From an uncultured Acidimicrobiaceae bacterium (GTDB taxonomy: Bacteria > Actinomycetota > Acidimicrobiia > Acidimicrobiales > RAAP-2), in contig CAWAJT010000008.1 in NCBI GenBank assembly GCA_963782415.1, positions 67,105-131,104 on the forward strand: a stretch of DNA of 64,000 nucleotides, in the 5' to 3' direction. The stretch's first letter is position 1. The number at the start of each line of letters is the position of its first letter. The translations under genes and the position numbers were made by a program. Positions 1-9,612 of this stretch are shown piece after piece. The notes under the pieces were generated by a model. That model was not told where the DNA came from. It did no database searches and saw only the letters and a program-made list of their open reading frames with translations.

Positions 1-18
1 TTCCTCGGCCGACGCCCG

Positions 19-1641
19 GTGGACGATCCGCTGGCCGGCCTCCTCTTCGACGACCTGCAGTTCGAGGGTGTGGACAGCGGGGCGATCGCGTGGGGTGACG
101 AGGTTGCCGAGCGCTCCAAGACCGAGGCACCGGTCGTGGTCATCGGCTGCGGCATGGGCGGGATCCTGGCCGGTATCCGCCTCAAGCAGGCGGGGCTGCC
201 CTTCACCATCGTCGACAAGAACAAAGGGCCCGGAGGTACCTGGTGGGAGAACCGGTACCCCGGGGCCAGAGTCGATGTCGGCAGCCACCAGTACTGCTTC
301 TCCTTCGAGCCGGCCGAGCAGTGGAGCGAGTACTACTGCCAGCAGCCGGAGCTCTGCGCCTACTTCGGCTCCATCGTCGAGAAGTTCGATCTGCTGCCGC
401 ACTGCCGCTTCGAGACCGCCGTGACCGAGCTGACCTGGCACGAGGACGAGGCCATGTGGCACGTGGGCGCACACGATGTGCACGGCGCCCAGAGCACGCT
501 TCGGGCGCGCTTCGTCGTCAGTGCGGTGGGCTCGCTGAATCTACCGCGACTGCCGGACATTCCGGGCATGGACACCTTCGCCGGGCCGTCGTTCCACTCG
601 GCGCGCTGGCCCGAGGACCTGGGGATCCGGGGCGTGCGGTTCGCGCTCGTGGGCGCCGGCGCCAGCGGGTTCCAGATCGCCCCGGCCATCGCCGACGAGG
701 TGGAGCAGCTCACGATCTTCCAGCGCACCGCGCAGTGGATCCTCCCCAACCGGCTGTACCACACGCCCGTGCCGGCGGGGGATGCCTGGGCCCTGCGGCA
801 CCTGCCTTTCTACGGGCGGTGGTATCGCTTCGTCATGACCTTCGCCGGTATCGCGGCGGGGATGGAGATGTACCGCATCGATCCGGCGCACGAGGACCCC
901 ACGCACCAGTCGATCAACACGCTCAACGCAAGACGGGCCAAAGGATTGCTGGCCTCCATGCAGTCGATCGTGGGCGACGATCCCGAGTTGCTCGCACGGG
1001 TCGTGCCCGACTACCCGGCCACGGGCAAGCGGATTCTGCAGGACGACGGCACCTGGCTGCGGACCCTGCAGCGGCCCGACGTGGAGCTGGTGCGGACGGG
1101 TATCGAGCGGGTGGTCGCCGACGGCCTCGTCACGACGGACGGGCGGCACTATCCGGCCGACGTCATCTGCTACGCCACGGGGTTCCGCCACAACGAGTTC
1201 CTGGGGTCCATGCGGGTGATCGGCCGCAACGGCGTCTCGCTGCACGACCAGTGGGGTGAGGAGCCCACGGCCTACCTCGGCATGACGATGCCGAACTTCC
1301 CCAATCTGTTCTGCATCTACGGGCCGGGAACGAACCTGGCTTTCGGCGCCAGCCTCTTCTACCACGCCGAGTTCCAGGTCCACTACGCCCTGGAGGCCAT
1401 GCACGAGACGCTGGCGTCGGGCGCGCAGTGGTGCGAGGTGCGGCCCGAGGCACACGATGACTACGCCGAGCGCTATCGGGACGAGATCGGCCAGCTGGTG
1501 TGGTCGCATCCCTCCATCACGCACAGCCACTACAAGAACCGCGACGGCAAGGTCTTCACGCTGTCACCGTGGCCACTCGACCAGTACTGGGCCTGGACCC
1601 GCCACGTCGAGCGCGATCACTACCGCTTCGGTAGCGGGTGA
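19..1641 (+). CDS. FAD-dependent Baeyer-Villiger-type flavin monooxygenase
   Basis: Two Rossmann motifs (VVVIGCGMGGILAG; LVGAGASGFQIAP) and the BVMO fingerprint FAGPSFHSARWP. GTG at 19. The frame stays open to position 1, so the N-terminus may lie upstream of the window. Confidence 0.75.
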   Translation: MDDPLAGLLFDDLQFEGVDSGAIAWGDEVAERSKTEAPVVVIGCGMGGILAGIRLKQAGLPFTIVDKNKGPGGTWWENRYPGARVDVGSHQYCFSFEPAEQWSEYYCQQPELCAYFGSIVEKFDLLPHCRFETAVTELTWHEDEAMWHVGAHDVHGAQSTLRARFVVSAVGSLNLPRLPDIPGMDTFAGPSFHSARWPEDLGIRGVRFALVGAGASGFQIAPAIADEVEQLTIFQRTAQWILPNRLYHTPVPAGDAWALRHLPFYGRWYRFVMTFAGIAAGMEMYRIDPAHEDPTHQSINTLNARRAKGLLASMQSIVGDDPELLARVVPDYPATGKRILQDDGTWLRTLQRPDVELVRTGIERVVADGLVTTDGRHYPADVICYATGFRHNEFLGSMRVIGRNGVSLHDQWGEEPTAYLGMTMPNFPNLFCIYGPGTNLAFGASLFYHAEFQVHYALEAMHETLASGAQWCEVRPEAHDDYAERYRDEIGQLVWSHPSITHSHYKNRDGKVFTLSPWPLDQYWAWTRHVERDHYRFGSG

Positions 1642-1655
1642 GTGCAGGTTCGCGG

Positions 1656-2825
1656 CTACACCTTCTTGGCGAGCGGGATGTCGTAGAGGGCGGACCAGTT
1701 CGCACTGACGATCTTCGCCTTGCTCTCGTCGGTGAGCGGCAGCTTGTCGAACGAGTCGACCGCGTGGGGATACTTCGAGTCCCCGTGTGGGTAGTCGGTG
1801 GAGAAGATGAGCTTGTCGTCGCCGAAGGTGTCGACGAAGTGCGGCACCGTCATCTCGTCCGCTTCCACGGAGACCCAGCAGTTCCGCTTGAAGTACTCCG
1901 AGGGCGGCATGGTGAGCTCCGGTGCCTCATACCAGCCCGTCCACTCCCAGTGCTCGTCGAGCCGGTACATGAACCAGGGTGCCCACGAGCAGTTGCCTTC
2001 GAGCAGGGCCACCTTGAGATCCGGGAAGCGCTCGAGGACGCCGCCACCGCACAGGCACGCCGTCACGAACTGGATGCCGAGCGGTTGGCTGAACGTGTGC
2101 CACAGCATCAGCCGGTCGAGGACCTCCAGCCCGAAGTCCGGCGTCAGGTAGGTCTGGCCGCCCCCGTGGAACGACAGCGGCACGCCGAGGCGCTCGATCT
2201 CGGCCCACAGCGGGTCGTAGGCGCGGTGGTACCAAGGCCGGCGGTTCACCGCGGCCGGCGGCAGGAAGATCGACTTGAAGCCCAGCTCCTCCACGCAGCG
2301 GCGCGCCTCGGCCACGGCGCCGTCGACGTCGTGCGCCGCCACCATGCCGGCGCCGTACATGCGATCCGGCGCGTGGTCGCAGAAGTCACGCAACCAGTCG
2401 TTGTAGGCGCGGGCGATCGCCGTGGCGAACTCGGGCTCGAGCCCGTCGGCGCCGATCTGCTCGGTCGAGTCGAGCCCGAGGACGAAGAGTCCGCGGGAGG
2501 GAAAGAGGACGGCCAGGTCGAGGCCCTCGGCGTCCATGGCGTCGACCTGTGACTGCGCGTCCCAGCCCCGGGCCTCGGACTCGGCGTAGGCGTTGTCGTG
2601 GTGCTCCTGCCAGCCGGTCTTGCGGCCCTCGACGCGCACGGGCCGGGTCGGTCCCATGCGCAGCAGCACGTGATTCTTGACCCGCACCCGCATGTCGCGC
2701 TGGATCTCGGACAGCCCGCGGGGCGCGGCGTGGGCGTAGGCCGGGTCGATGTAGCGCTCCCACAGGTCGGGCGGCTCCATGACGTGGAGGTCGCTGTCGC
2801 AGATGACGTGGTCTCGCAGCCCCAT
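1656..2825 (-). CDS. amidohydrolase-2 family metal-dependent hydrolase
   Basis: Amidohydrolase_2-like motifs (HVMEPPDLWERY...; STDYPHGDS). ATG at 2825 with a purine-rich RBS is preferred over the ORF-track start at 2852. Confidence 0.7.
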   Translation of the reverse strand: MGLRDHVICDSDLHVMEPPDLWERYIDPAYAHAAPRGLSEIQRDMRVRVKNHVLLRMGPTRPVRVEGRKTGWQEHHDNAYAESEARGWDAQSQVDAMDAEGLDLAVLFPSRGLFVLGLDSTEQIGADGLEPEFATAIARAYNDWLRDFCDHAPDRMYGAGMVAAHDVDGAVAEARRCVEELGFKSIFLPPAAVNRRPWYHRAYDPLWAEIERLGVPLSFHGGGQTYLTPDFGLEVLDRLMLWHTFSQPLGIQFVTACLCGGGVLERFPDLKVALLEGNCSWAPWFMYRLDEHWEWTGWYEAPELTMPPSEYFKRNCWVSVEADEMTVPHFVDTFGDDKLIFSTDYPHGDSKYPHAVDSFDKLPLTDESKAKIVSANWSALYDIPLAKKV

Positions 2826-2936
2826 GAGGTGCACCCCCCTGTTTCCTGACACTCGAGTCAGGGATGACTATACGCTCTCGACTCGAGGGCGCTCTGAGGC
2901 GTCCGGACCACGATGTGGAGTCTCCGAGGAGGGACG

Positions 2937-3815
2937 ATGGCCATCGGCGTGATCGGGTTGGGCAACATCGGGCGGGGCATTGCGACCAACCTCGTCGCTG
3001 ACGGCAGCGACGTGGTCGTCTACGACGTCGACGCGGCGGCGATGGCCGCCATCGCGGGAGCAACGGCGGCGCCGGACGTGGCCGGGGTGGCCAAGGCGGC
3101 CGACGTGACACTGCTCTCCCTCCCGACTCCAGACGTCGTGGCGCAGGTGGCGGCGGCATGGGCGGGCGCGGCGGTGCCGGGCGCGGTGCTGGTCGACCTG
3201 TCCACGAACAGCCCCGCCGTCGTGCGCCAGCTGGGGGAGAGGCTGGCCGGCTCCGGGCACCATCTCGTCGAGGCACCGCTGACGGGAGGGGCTATCGGCG
3301 CCGAGAAGCGGATGCTGATGTTCATGGTCGGCGGCGACGACGCGCCGGTCGCAAGGGTCCTGCCCGTGCTCGAGCCGCTCGGGCGGGCCACCTTCCACGT
3401 CGGCCCACTGGGGCTGGGCAACACGATGAAGCTGCTCAACAGCCTCATCGCCTTCACCACCACCTGGGTGAGCCTGGAGGGACTGGCCATGGCCACCAAG
3501 GCCGGCATCGCACTCCCGAAAGCGGTGGAGATCCTGCGCACCGGGGGCGCGTCCAACTTCTTCATCGACCGCCAGGTCGAGACCATCGACGGGCGCAACC
3601 GCCCGACGCAGTTCGCGCTGGAGTTGGCGGCGAAGGACGCCGGTCTGATCGTCGACACCGGCCGCGCCGTCGGGGCGCCGACACCGGTGGGCGCCGCCAT
3701 CAAGGGCGTGCTCGACACCGTGGTGGCCGAAGGCCTGGGTGGCGCCGACTGGAGCGAGCTCGTCACCTTCGCCGAGCGGCAGGCCGACGTGACACTGCGC
3801 TGGAACGCCGAATAG
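2937..3815 (+). CDS. NAD(P)-dependent 3-hydroxyisobutyrate/6-phosphogluconate dehydrogenase family oxidoreductase
   Basis: N-terminal GxGxxG (MAIGVIGLGNIGRGIA) and HIBADH-like architecture. GGAGGAGGG RBS before ATG 2937. Confidence 0.75.
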   Translation: MAIGVIGLGNIGRGIATNLVADGSDVVVYDVDAAAMAAIAGATAAPDVAGVAKAADVTLLSLPTPDVVAQVAAAWAGAAVPGAVLVDLSTNSPAVVRQLGERLAGSGHHLVEAPLTGGAIGAEKRMLMFMVGGDDAPVARVLPVLEPLGRATFHVGPLGLGNTMKLLNSLIAFTTTWVSLEGLAMATKAGIALPKAVEILRTGGASNFFIDRQVETIDGRNRPTQFALELAAKDAGLIVDTGRAVGAPTPVGAAIKGVLDTVVAEGLGGADWSELVTFAERQADVTLRWNAE

Positions 3816-3874
3816 CGATCAGCCCAAGCAGAGACCCAGAGACGGCAGGCCGAGGGCCCGCCCGCCGGCGAGCG

Positions 3875-5104
3875 TCAGTGCTTCGTCGGCAGCGTGCCCG
3901 CCTTCACCAGCGGCGCACAGATGGTGGTGCCCCCGTGCAGGGCCACAAACTTGCCGTCCTTGATGCCCATCTCGAAGAAGCAGCTGTTGTTGGCGGGCTG
4001 ACCCTTCACGAAATGCAGCGGAGGCGACAAGCCGCCGAGCGTCTCGCCTGCGGGCAGCCCGTAGAGGCCCTTGAGGATCTTCGCCGAGGTCAGTGACGTG
4101 GTCGCCGAGGCGCCGGCGGCCTTGACCGCTGCCTGCATGAGCGCTCCGTCCGACCAGGACTGCAGCACGATCTCTCCGAAGTTGGGCCCGCTGGGCACCG
4201 CCGGCGCGTACTTGTCGAGCGCTTTGTACATCGTCGAGGTCGCCGCGTTGTGCAAGAACCACAAGTTGTCCGACTGCGTGTCGATGTTGCCGTTGAAGGC
4301 CGGTATCTTGAGCCACGCCGCGGCGACCGTCCCGTCGCTCGAGAGCTGGCGCGGGGTGTACCCCTGCGCCGCGCAGTCCGTGACGACGTGCTCGACCACC
4401 GAGGAGGCGTCGCCCACCGTCATGGCGGTGGCGCCGGACTGCTTGGCCGCCAGGCACTGGGCCGTGTAGTTCGGGGCGGCGAATCCGATGCTCGACGTGT
4501 AGACGTACTTGATGCCGTAGTGCGCCGCCACCTTCTCCCCCTGGTGGATCGACTCCGCGCAGATGGCGACCTCCACGCAGTAGACGGCGGCCATCTTCTT
4601 CACGCCGGCGTTCTTGGCCACGATGGCACCGACCGAGTTTGTGTAGTTGAAGGTGGCGCCGGCGGGGAAGAAGTCGGCGTTCTGGTAGCCCGAGTCGCTC
4701 TCCTGGCCGCCGAGCACCGGCACGTGGGCCGACGCCACGGTCGATGCGAACGACGGATCCTCGTCGCTGTTGTCGAAGATCGCGACAGCGTGATCCTGGT
4801 GGATGGCGGTCTGGGCGTTGGTCAGCGCCTTGGCCGCGCTGTACCCGTCGTCGAGGATCACCAGGTGCACGTGGTGTCCGGCCAGGCCACCGTGCGCGTT
4901 GACCCACGACGCCCACGCCTGCATGGTGTCGGAGGTCTGGCTAATCGATGAGGCCTCCGGCCCGGTGCAGCTGCACAAGTCGGCGATGGTCACCGTGCCG
5001 TTCGAGCCAGCGGCTCCCGCCGGCGCACTGGACAGCGCGGCGACGCTCAGGACACCTCCGGCGGCGAACGCAGCCATGGCCAGCGCCGCCCCTGTCTTCT
5101 TCAC
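3875..5104 (-). CDS. ABC transporter substrate-binding protein, Leu/Ile/Val-binding (LivK/LivJ) family
   Basis: Periplasmic-binding-protein type I fold and a Sec-type signal (KKTGAALAMAAFAAGGVLSVAALSSAPAGAAG). GTG 5104 is the probable start; the ORF track extends to 5176. Divergent from the liv permease genes. Confidence 0.7.
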   Translation of the reverse strand: MKKTGAALAMAAFAAGGVLSVAALSSAPAGAAGSNGTVTIADLCSCTGPEASSISQTSDTMQAWASWVNAHGGLAGHHVHLVILDDGYSAAKALTNAQTAIHQDHAVAIFDNSDEDPSFASTVASAHVPVLGGQESDSGYQNADFFPAGATFNYTNSVGAIVAKNAGVKKMAAVYCVEVAICAESIHQGEKVAAHYGIKYVYTSSIGFAAPNYTAQCLAAKQSGATAMTVGDASSVVEHVVTDCAAQGYTPRQLSSDGTVAAAWLKIPAFNGNIDTQSDNLWFLHNAATSTMYKALDKYAPAVPSGPNFGEIVLQSWSDGALMQAAVKAAGASATTSLTSAKILKGLYGLPAGETLGGLSPPLHFVKGQPANNSCFFEMGIKDGKFVALHGGTTICAPLVKAGTLPTKH

Positions 5105-5365
5105 GCGTGCCAACACCAGCACTCCCCCCTGGCCGGCCCCCCGGCCCCACCCGACGGCGTCACCCGACGGCGTCACAGCGCGCCGTTCCTACCGTACGAC
5201 CACCCGCTCGGTCACCCGAACAAGCACACATCGATCGCTGTCGGGGACTATACCGACCCCTTAGTGTCGTGTCTCGGCACATCAACCTCGTCATGGAGGA
5301 CGTCACGCATGGCCGTGGGGGCGCGGGCAGGGGTAGGGGTACCGGCAAGGCCGGCGAGCTGAACG

Positions 5366-8203
5366 ATGTCGGACTTCTTGCCGTTCATCGTCATCGGCAT
5401 CGCCACCGGCGCGGTGTACGGGCTCGCCGGCGTCGGCCTCGTGTTGGCCTACAAGACGTCGGGCATCTTCAACCTCGCCTATGGCGCCATTGCGGCGCTC
5501 ACGGTCTTCGTCTTCTACTGGCTGCACGACGAGCACGGCTGGCCGTGGGGCCTGGCCGCCGCGGTGTGTGTCCTCGTCATCGGGCCGGCCGAGGGTCTGC
5601 TCATGGAGCTGCTGGGCCGGGCACTCGAACGGGTGGGTGCCACCTTGAAAGTGGTCGCCACCGTCGGTCTCCTGCTCATCGTCCTCGGCGTCGGCGAGCT
5701 CTGGTACGGGAACAACGAGGTCAACTTCCCGCCGTTCCTGCCCACGTCGACCGTGCCGATCCTCGGTGTGAACATCGGGTGGGACCAGATCACCGTCACG
5801 ATCATTTCGCTCCTGGCGACGGCGGTCCTCTACTGGTTCTTCCGTTCCGTGCGCATGGGGTACGCCATGCGCGGCGTCGTCGACAACCCCGACCTCGTGT
5901 CGATGACGGGCGAGAACCCCATCCGCGTGAGGCGCTGGGCCTGGATCATCTCCATGACCTTCTGCTCCCTGGCCGGCCTCCTACTGGCGCCGGGCCTCAG
6001 CCTGAATGCCGTCATCATCTCGACCCTCGTCGTCTATGCCTTTGGGGCGGCGGCGATCGGCGGGTTCTCGAGCATGCCGCTCACGTTCCTCGGCGGGCTG
6101 CTGGTCGGCATCGCCGGGTCCCTGACGACGAAGTACTCGGGGTCGATCACCTGGCTGGCCGGCTTGCCGCCCGCCATTCCGTTCATCGTGCTCTTCGTGG
6201 CCCTGTGCGTCACGCCGAAGGCGAAGCTGGCCGAGCGCAGGGTGGTGACCACGCTCCCGGTCATGAAGTCGTGGTACGCGCCGTGGCGAGTACGGGGCGT
6301 CACGTTCGCCATCGGGTTCGTGGTCCTGTGCCTGATCCCGACCCTGGTGGGCGACCACCTGGCCATCTGGGCCAGCTTCCTGACCGACGCCATTCTGCTG
6401 CTGTCGCTCGGACTCCTGGTGCGCGTGTCGGGGCAGATATCGCTCTGCCACCTCGCGTTCGCCGCCGTCGGCGCCGCTTCGTTCGCGCACTTCACCGACA
6501 GCTTCCATCTCCCGTGGCTCCTGGCCCTGCTGTGCGCCATGCTCGTCGCCCTGCCCGTGGGCGCGATCGTGGCCATCCCGGCCATCCGGCTGTCGGGTCT
6601 GTTCCTCGCCCTGGCAACGCTGGGGTTCGGGATCTTGCTCCAGTACCTCTTCTACTCGACGAACCTCATGTTCGGACTGACGACGTCGGGGATCCCGGCC
6701 CCCCGGCCGGGCGTCAGCGTCTTCGGCCTGTCGCTCGGCTCGGACAAGGGCTTCTACTACGTGCTGCTGGCGGCGGCGGTCCTGAGCACCGCGGTGATCA
6801 TGGTGATCCAGCGCAGCCGGATGGGTCGCCTGCTGGGGGCGCTGGCCGACTCGCCGCTCGCGCTCGAGACACAGGGCGCCACGACCAATGTGATCAAGGT
6901 CCTCGTGTTCTGCATCTCGGCCGCGTTCGCCAGCCTTGCCGGCGCCCTCATCGCCGTCGAGTTCCACTACGCCGTCGGGGCCAACTACGACCCGTTCCTG
7001 TCGCTCGTTTACGTCGCGCTCGTCGTCATCGCCATCGGAGGGGAGCCGTGGTACGCGCTGCTCGCCGCGCTCGGCGTGTCGATCATTCCCGGCTATTTCA
7101 CCTCCAACAACGTCACCACGTACTTGCAGATCTTCTTCGGCATCACGGCGGCGGCCTACGCCGTCTTCCAGAGCAGGACGGCCACCGTGCCGCTCCACCT
7201 CCGCCAGCTGCTCGACCGCGTCGGTGGTCGCCGGCCCGAGGAGACGGCGAGTGCGGAACAGGTGCGTCGCGCCGTCGTGGACGCCGCCGCGGCCGAGGAG
7301 ACCGCTGCTCGCGTGGACAGCGCCGCAGCGAGGCCCGCCGCAAGCGCCGGCGACGAGCCGGCCGCAGAGACGACCGGACTGCAGGTCCGGCGGCTCTCCG
7401 TCCGTTTCGGGGGCGTCAGTGCCGTGCAGGACGTGAGCCTCACCGCGCCGATGGGATCCATCACGGGCCTCGTCGGGCCCAACGGCGCCGGGAAGACGAC
7501 GACGTTCAACGCGTGCTCCGGGCTGGTGAAGCCGGACGACGGCGAGGTCGTCCTGCACGGCCGGGACGTCACATCGGTGGGTCCGTCCGGACGGTCCCGG
7601 CTGGGCCTCGGCCGGTCCTTCCAGCGGGTCGAGCTGTTCTCCTCGCTCACCGTGCGCGAGAACGTGGCGCTCGGCCGGGAGGCCTCGTTGGCGGGGGCGA
7701 ACCCGGCCCGTCAGTTGGTGAGCACTGCCCCGCAGCGCGCCACGGTGCGGAGGGCGGTCGAGGACGCCATGGAGCTGACGGGGATCGGACCGCTGGCGGA
7801 GCTCCAGGCCGGCCTGCTGCCGACCGGCCAGCGCCGGATGGTCGAGCTGGCGCGCGTGCTGGCCGGTCCGTTCGACCTCCTGTTGCTGGACGAGCCGTCG
7901 TCGGGGCTCGACGCCGGCGAGACGAGGCGCTTCGGCGAGATCCTGACCGGCGCCGTCGCCGAGCGGAGCGTCGGGATCCTCCTGGTCGAGCACGACATGG
8001 CGCTGGTGCGCCAGGTCTGCCGGCACATCTACGTACTCGACTTCGGCCGGCTGGTCTTCGAAGGCACCGCGTCCGAGATGTTGGCGAGCCCCATCGTTCG
8101 CAACGCCTACCTCGGTTCGGAGGTCGGCCCGGTTGCGTCCGCCGCGGTGCGTGGGCCCGCTCCCCGGGCGGCGACCCCTCCTGCGGGAGCGTCCGGTGCT
8201 TGA
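5366..8203 (+). CDS. fused branched-chain-amino-acid-type ABC transporter: LivH permease + LivM permease + LivG ATPase in one polypeptide
   Basis: Residues 1-290 are LivH-like TM, 300-640 are LivM-like TM, then a ~60-aa Ala/Glu-rich linker, then a Walker A ABC ATPase (GPNGAGKTTT) with LSGGQ-like and Walker B motifs. Single continuous 945-aa ORF. Confidence 0.75.
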   Translation: MSDFLPFIVIGIATGAVYGLAGVGLVLAYKTSGIFNLAYGAIAALTVFVFYWLHDEHGWPWGLAAAVCVLVIGPAEGLLMELLGRALERVGATLKVVATVGLLLIVLGVGELWYGNNEVNFPPFLPTSTVPILGVNIGWDQITVTIISLLATAVLYWFFRSVRMGYAMRGVVDNPDLVSMTGENPIRVRRWAWIISMTFCSLAGLLLAPGLSLNAVIISTLVVYAFGAAAIGGFSSMPLTFLGGLLVGIAGSLTTKYSGSITWLAGLPPAIPFIVLFVALCVTPKAKLAERRVVTTLPVMKSWYAPWRVRGVTFAIGFVVLCLIPTLVGDHLAIWASFLTDAILLLSLGLLVRVSGQISLCHLAFAAVGAASFAHFTDSFHLPWLLALLCAMLVALPVGAIVAIPAIRLSGLFLALATLGFGILLQYLFYSTNLMFGLTTSGIPAPRPGVSVFGLSLGSDKGFYYVLLAAAVLSTAVIMVIQRSRMGRLLGALADSPLALETQGATTNVIKVLVFCISAAFASLAGALIAVEFHYAVGANYDPFLSLVYVALVVIAIGGEPWYALLAALGVSIIPGYFTSNNVTTYLQIFFGITAAAYAVFQSRTATVPLHLRQLLDRVGGRRPEETASAEQVRRAVVDAAAAEETAARVDSAAARPAASAGDEPAAETTGLQVRRLSVRFGGVSAVQDVSLTAPMGSITGLVGPNGAGKTTTFNACSGLVKPDDGEVVLHGRDVTSVGPSGRSRLGLGRSFQRVELFSSLTVRENVALGREASLAGANPARQLVSTAPQRATVRRAVEDAMELTGIGPLAELQAGLLPTGQRRMVELARVLAGPFDLLLLDEPSSGLDAGETRRFGEILTGAVAERSVGILLVEHDMALVRQVCRHIYVLDFGRLVFEGTASEMLASPIVRNAYLGSEVGPVASAAVRGPAPRAATPPAGASGA

Positions 8204-8897
8204 GCTCGAGGCCGTCACGGCCGGCTACGGGGAGACGGTGGTGCTGCGCGACGTCTCGCTCTCGGTCCCCGACTCGGGCGTCGTGGCGCTCCTCGGCCCC
8301 AACGGTGCCGGTAAGACGACGACGCTGCGTGCCGCGTCCGGGCTCATCAAGCCGATGCGCGGCCGCGTCCTGCTCGACGGCGAGGACGTCACGGGACGCA
8401 AGCCCTACGTCATGGCCCGGCGCGGCCTCTGTCACCTCCCCGAGGGGCACGGCATCTTCCCCTCGCTCACGGTGAAGGAGAACATCGTCTTGAACTCGCC
8501 CAAAGGCACGGAGAAGGAGAGCCTGGCCAAGGCGGGCGAGCAATTTCCGGTGCTGGCGGCCCGGCTCGGGCAGCAGGCCGGCAGCCTCAGTGGTGGCGAG
8601 CAGCAGATGCTGGCGCTGGTGCGGGCCTCGGTCACCGAGCCGCGCATCGTCGTGGTGGACGAGGCATCGCTCGGGCTCTCGCCACTGCTGGTGGATCAGG
8701 TCTTCGAGGCGCTCAGGCAGATCGTGGCCGGGGGTACGGCGCTGCTGCTGGTGGAGCAGTACGTGACCCGTGCGCTGGAGCTGGCGGACACGGCCTACAT
8801 CATGAACCGCGGCCAGGTCGTCCACTCAGGTCCGGCCGCCGACCTCCAGGGGGAAGAGGTGTTCGAGCGGTATCTCGGCATCGAGGTCGGCCCGTAA
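8196..8897 (+). CDS. livF: branched-chain amino acid ABC transporter ATP-binding protein LivF
   Basis: Walker A (GPNGAGKTTT), signature LSGGEQQ, Walker B VVVDE. GTG 8196 overlaps the stop of the upstream gene (GTGCTTGA), suggesting translational coupling. Confidence 0.8.
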   Translation: MLELEAVTAGYGETVVLRDVSLSVPDSGVVALLGPNGAGKTTTLRAASGLIKPMRGRVLLDGEDVTGRKPYVMARRGLCHLPEGHGIFPSLTVKENIVLNSPKGTEKESLAKAGEQFPVLAARLGQQAGSLSGGEQQMLALVRASVTEPRIVVVDEASLGLSPLLVDQVFEALRQIVAGGTALLLVEQYVTRALELADTAYIMNRGQVVHSGPAADLQGEEVFERYLGIEVGP

Positions 8898-8905
8898 ACG
8901 GTTCT

Positions 8906-8925
8906 GACGGGCCGCCGCGCCCGTC
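8906..8925 (+). terminator. GC-rich hairpin downstream of livF (intrinsic-terminator candidate, no U-tract)
   Basis: GACGGGC-CGCCGC-GCCCGTC perfect 7-bp stem, 9 nt after the livF stop. Confidence 0.35.
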
Positions 8926-9024
8926 GGGCGAGGACCGATTCAGGCGGGGGTCGACCATCGCCGCGTTCGAGGAGGCCCAACGGAGAACGCCGAGCTTGGC
9001 GGGTTTTCGCTGAGGCTGAAGGGT

Positions 9025-9405
9025 TCAGTCGGTGCCGAGCACCTCGGCGGCCACCCGCATGGCCGACCCCGCCGCGGGGACGCCGGCGTAGATCGACGTG
9101 TGCATGAGGACCTCGACGATCTCCTCGCGTGAGATCCCCACGTTCAGCGCGCCGGCGATGTGCGACCGCAGCTCCTCGGGCTGACCCAGCGCGGCCAGGA
9201 GGGCGACGGTGATCATGGAGCGGTCCCGCACCGGCAGGCCCGGGCGCGACCAGATGTCGCCGAACGCGCTCTGCTGCACGTGGTCGAAGTAGTCCGGTGC
9301 CAGCTTGGCGGCTGGGAACTGGCCGCCCGGTCCCTTGAGGATGGCGGGCCAGAGTCGACCCTGTATTTCGCGGCCGGTGGCCCGGCGCTCGTCGCTCGTC
9401 GTCAT
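9025..9405 (-). CDS. carboxymuconolactone decarboxylase (CMD/AhpD-like) family protein
   Basis: CMD-family helix pattern (ITVALLAALGQPEELRSHIAGALNVGISREEIVEVLMHTSIYAGVP). ATG 9405 is preceded by GGAAGGAG; the ORF-track N-terminal extension lacks an RBS. Confidence 0.7.
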   Translation of the reverse strand: MTTSDERRATGREIQGRLWPAILKGPGGQFPAAKLAPDYFDHVQQSAFGDIWSRPGLPVRDRSMITVALLAALGQPEELRSHIAGALNVGISREEIVEVLMHTSIYAGVPAAGSAMRVAAEVLGTD

Positions 9406-9612
9406 GTTCCGACTCCTTCCCACTCCAATGGTTGACTGCTGCCGTGCTCCGCCGCCACCGTGCGCCGGCGTCACTTTGGCGTCGTCGAACCTTGATCCGT
9501 TGACTGCCCGGCCGTGCATCGCTATTGTGCCCGAACTTGGTTGGGGGCGGGTCCGAGGCTTGCGGCTACGACAAGCTGGAAATCAATTCATGGTCCAATC
9601 AAGGGGGTCGTT

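Noticed and set aside
243-1530. Multiple 100-340-aa overlapping ORFs in the first 1.6 kb
   Set aside because: All overlap the BVMO gene, which has unambiguous Rossmann and BVMO fingerprints, and they are R/P/A-rich.
4948-8475. 1175-aa + strand ORF and the 745-aa antisense ORF (5981..8218)
   Set aside because: Extremely Arg/Pro/Gly-rich low-complexity translations overlapping the well-supported liv permease/ATPase genes; typical high-GC alternative-frame artefacts.
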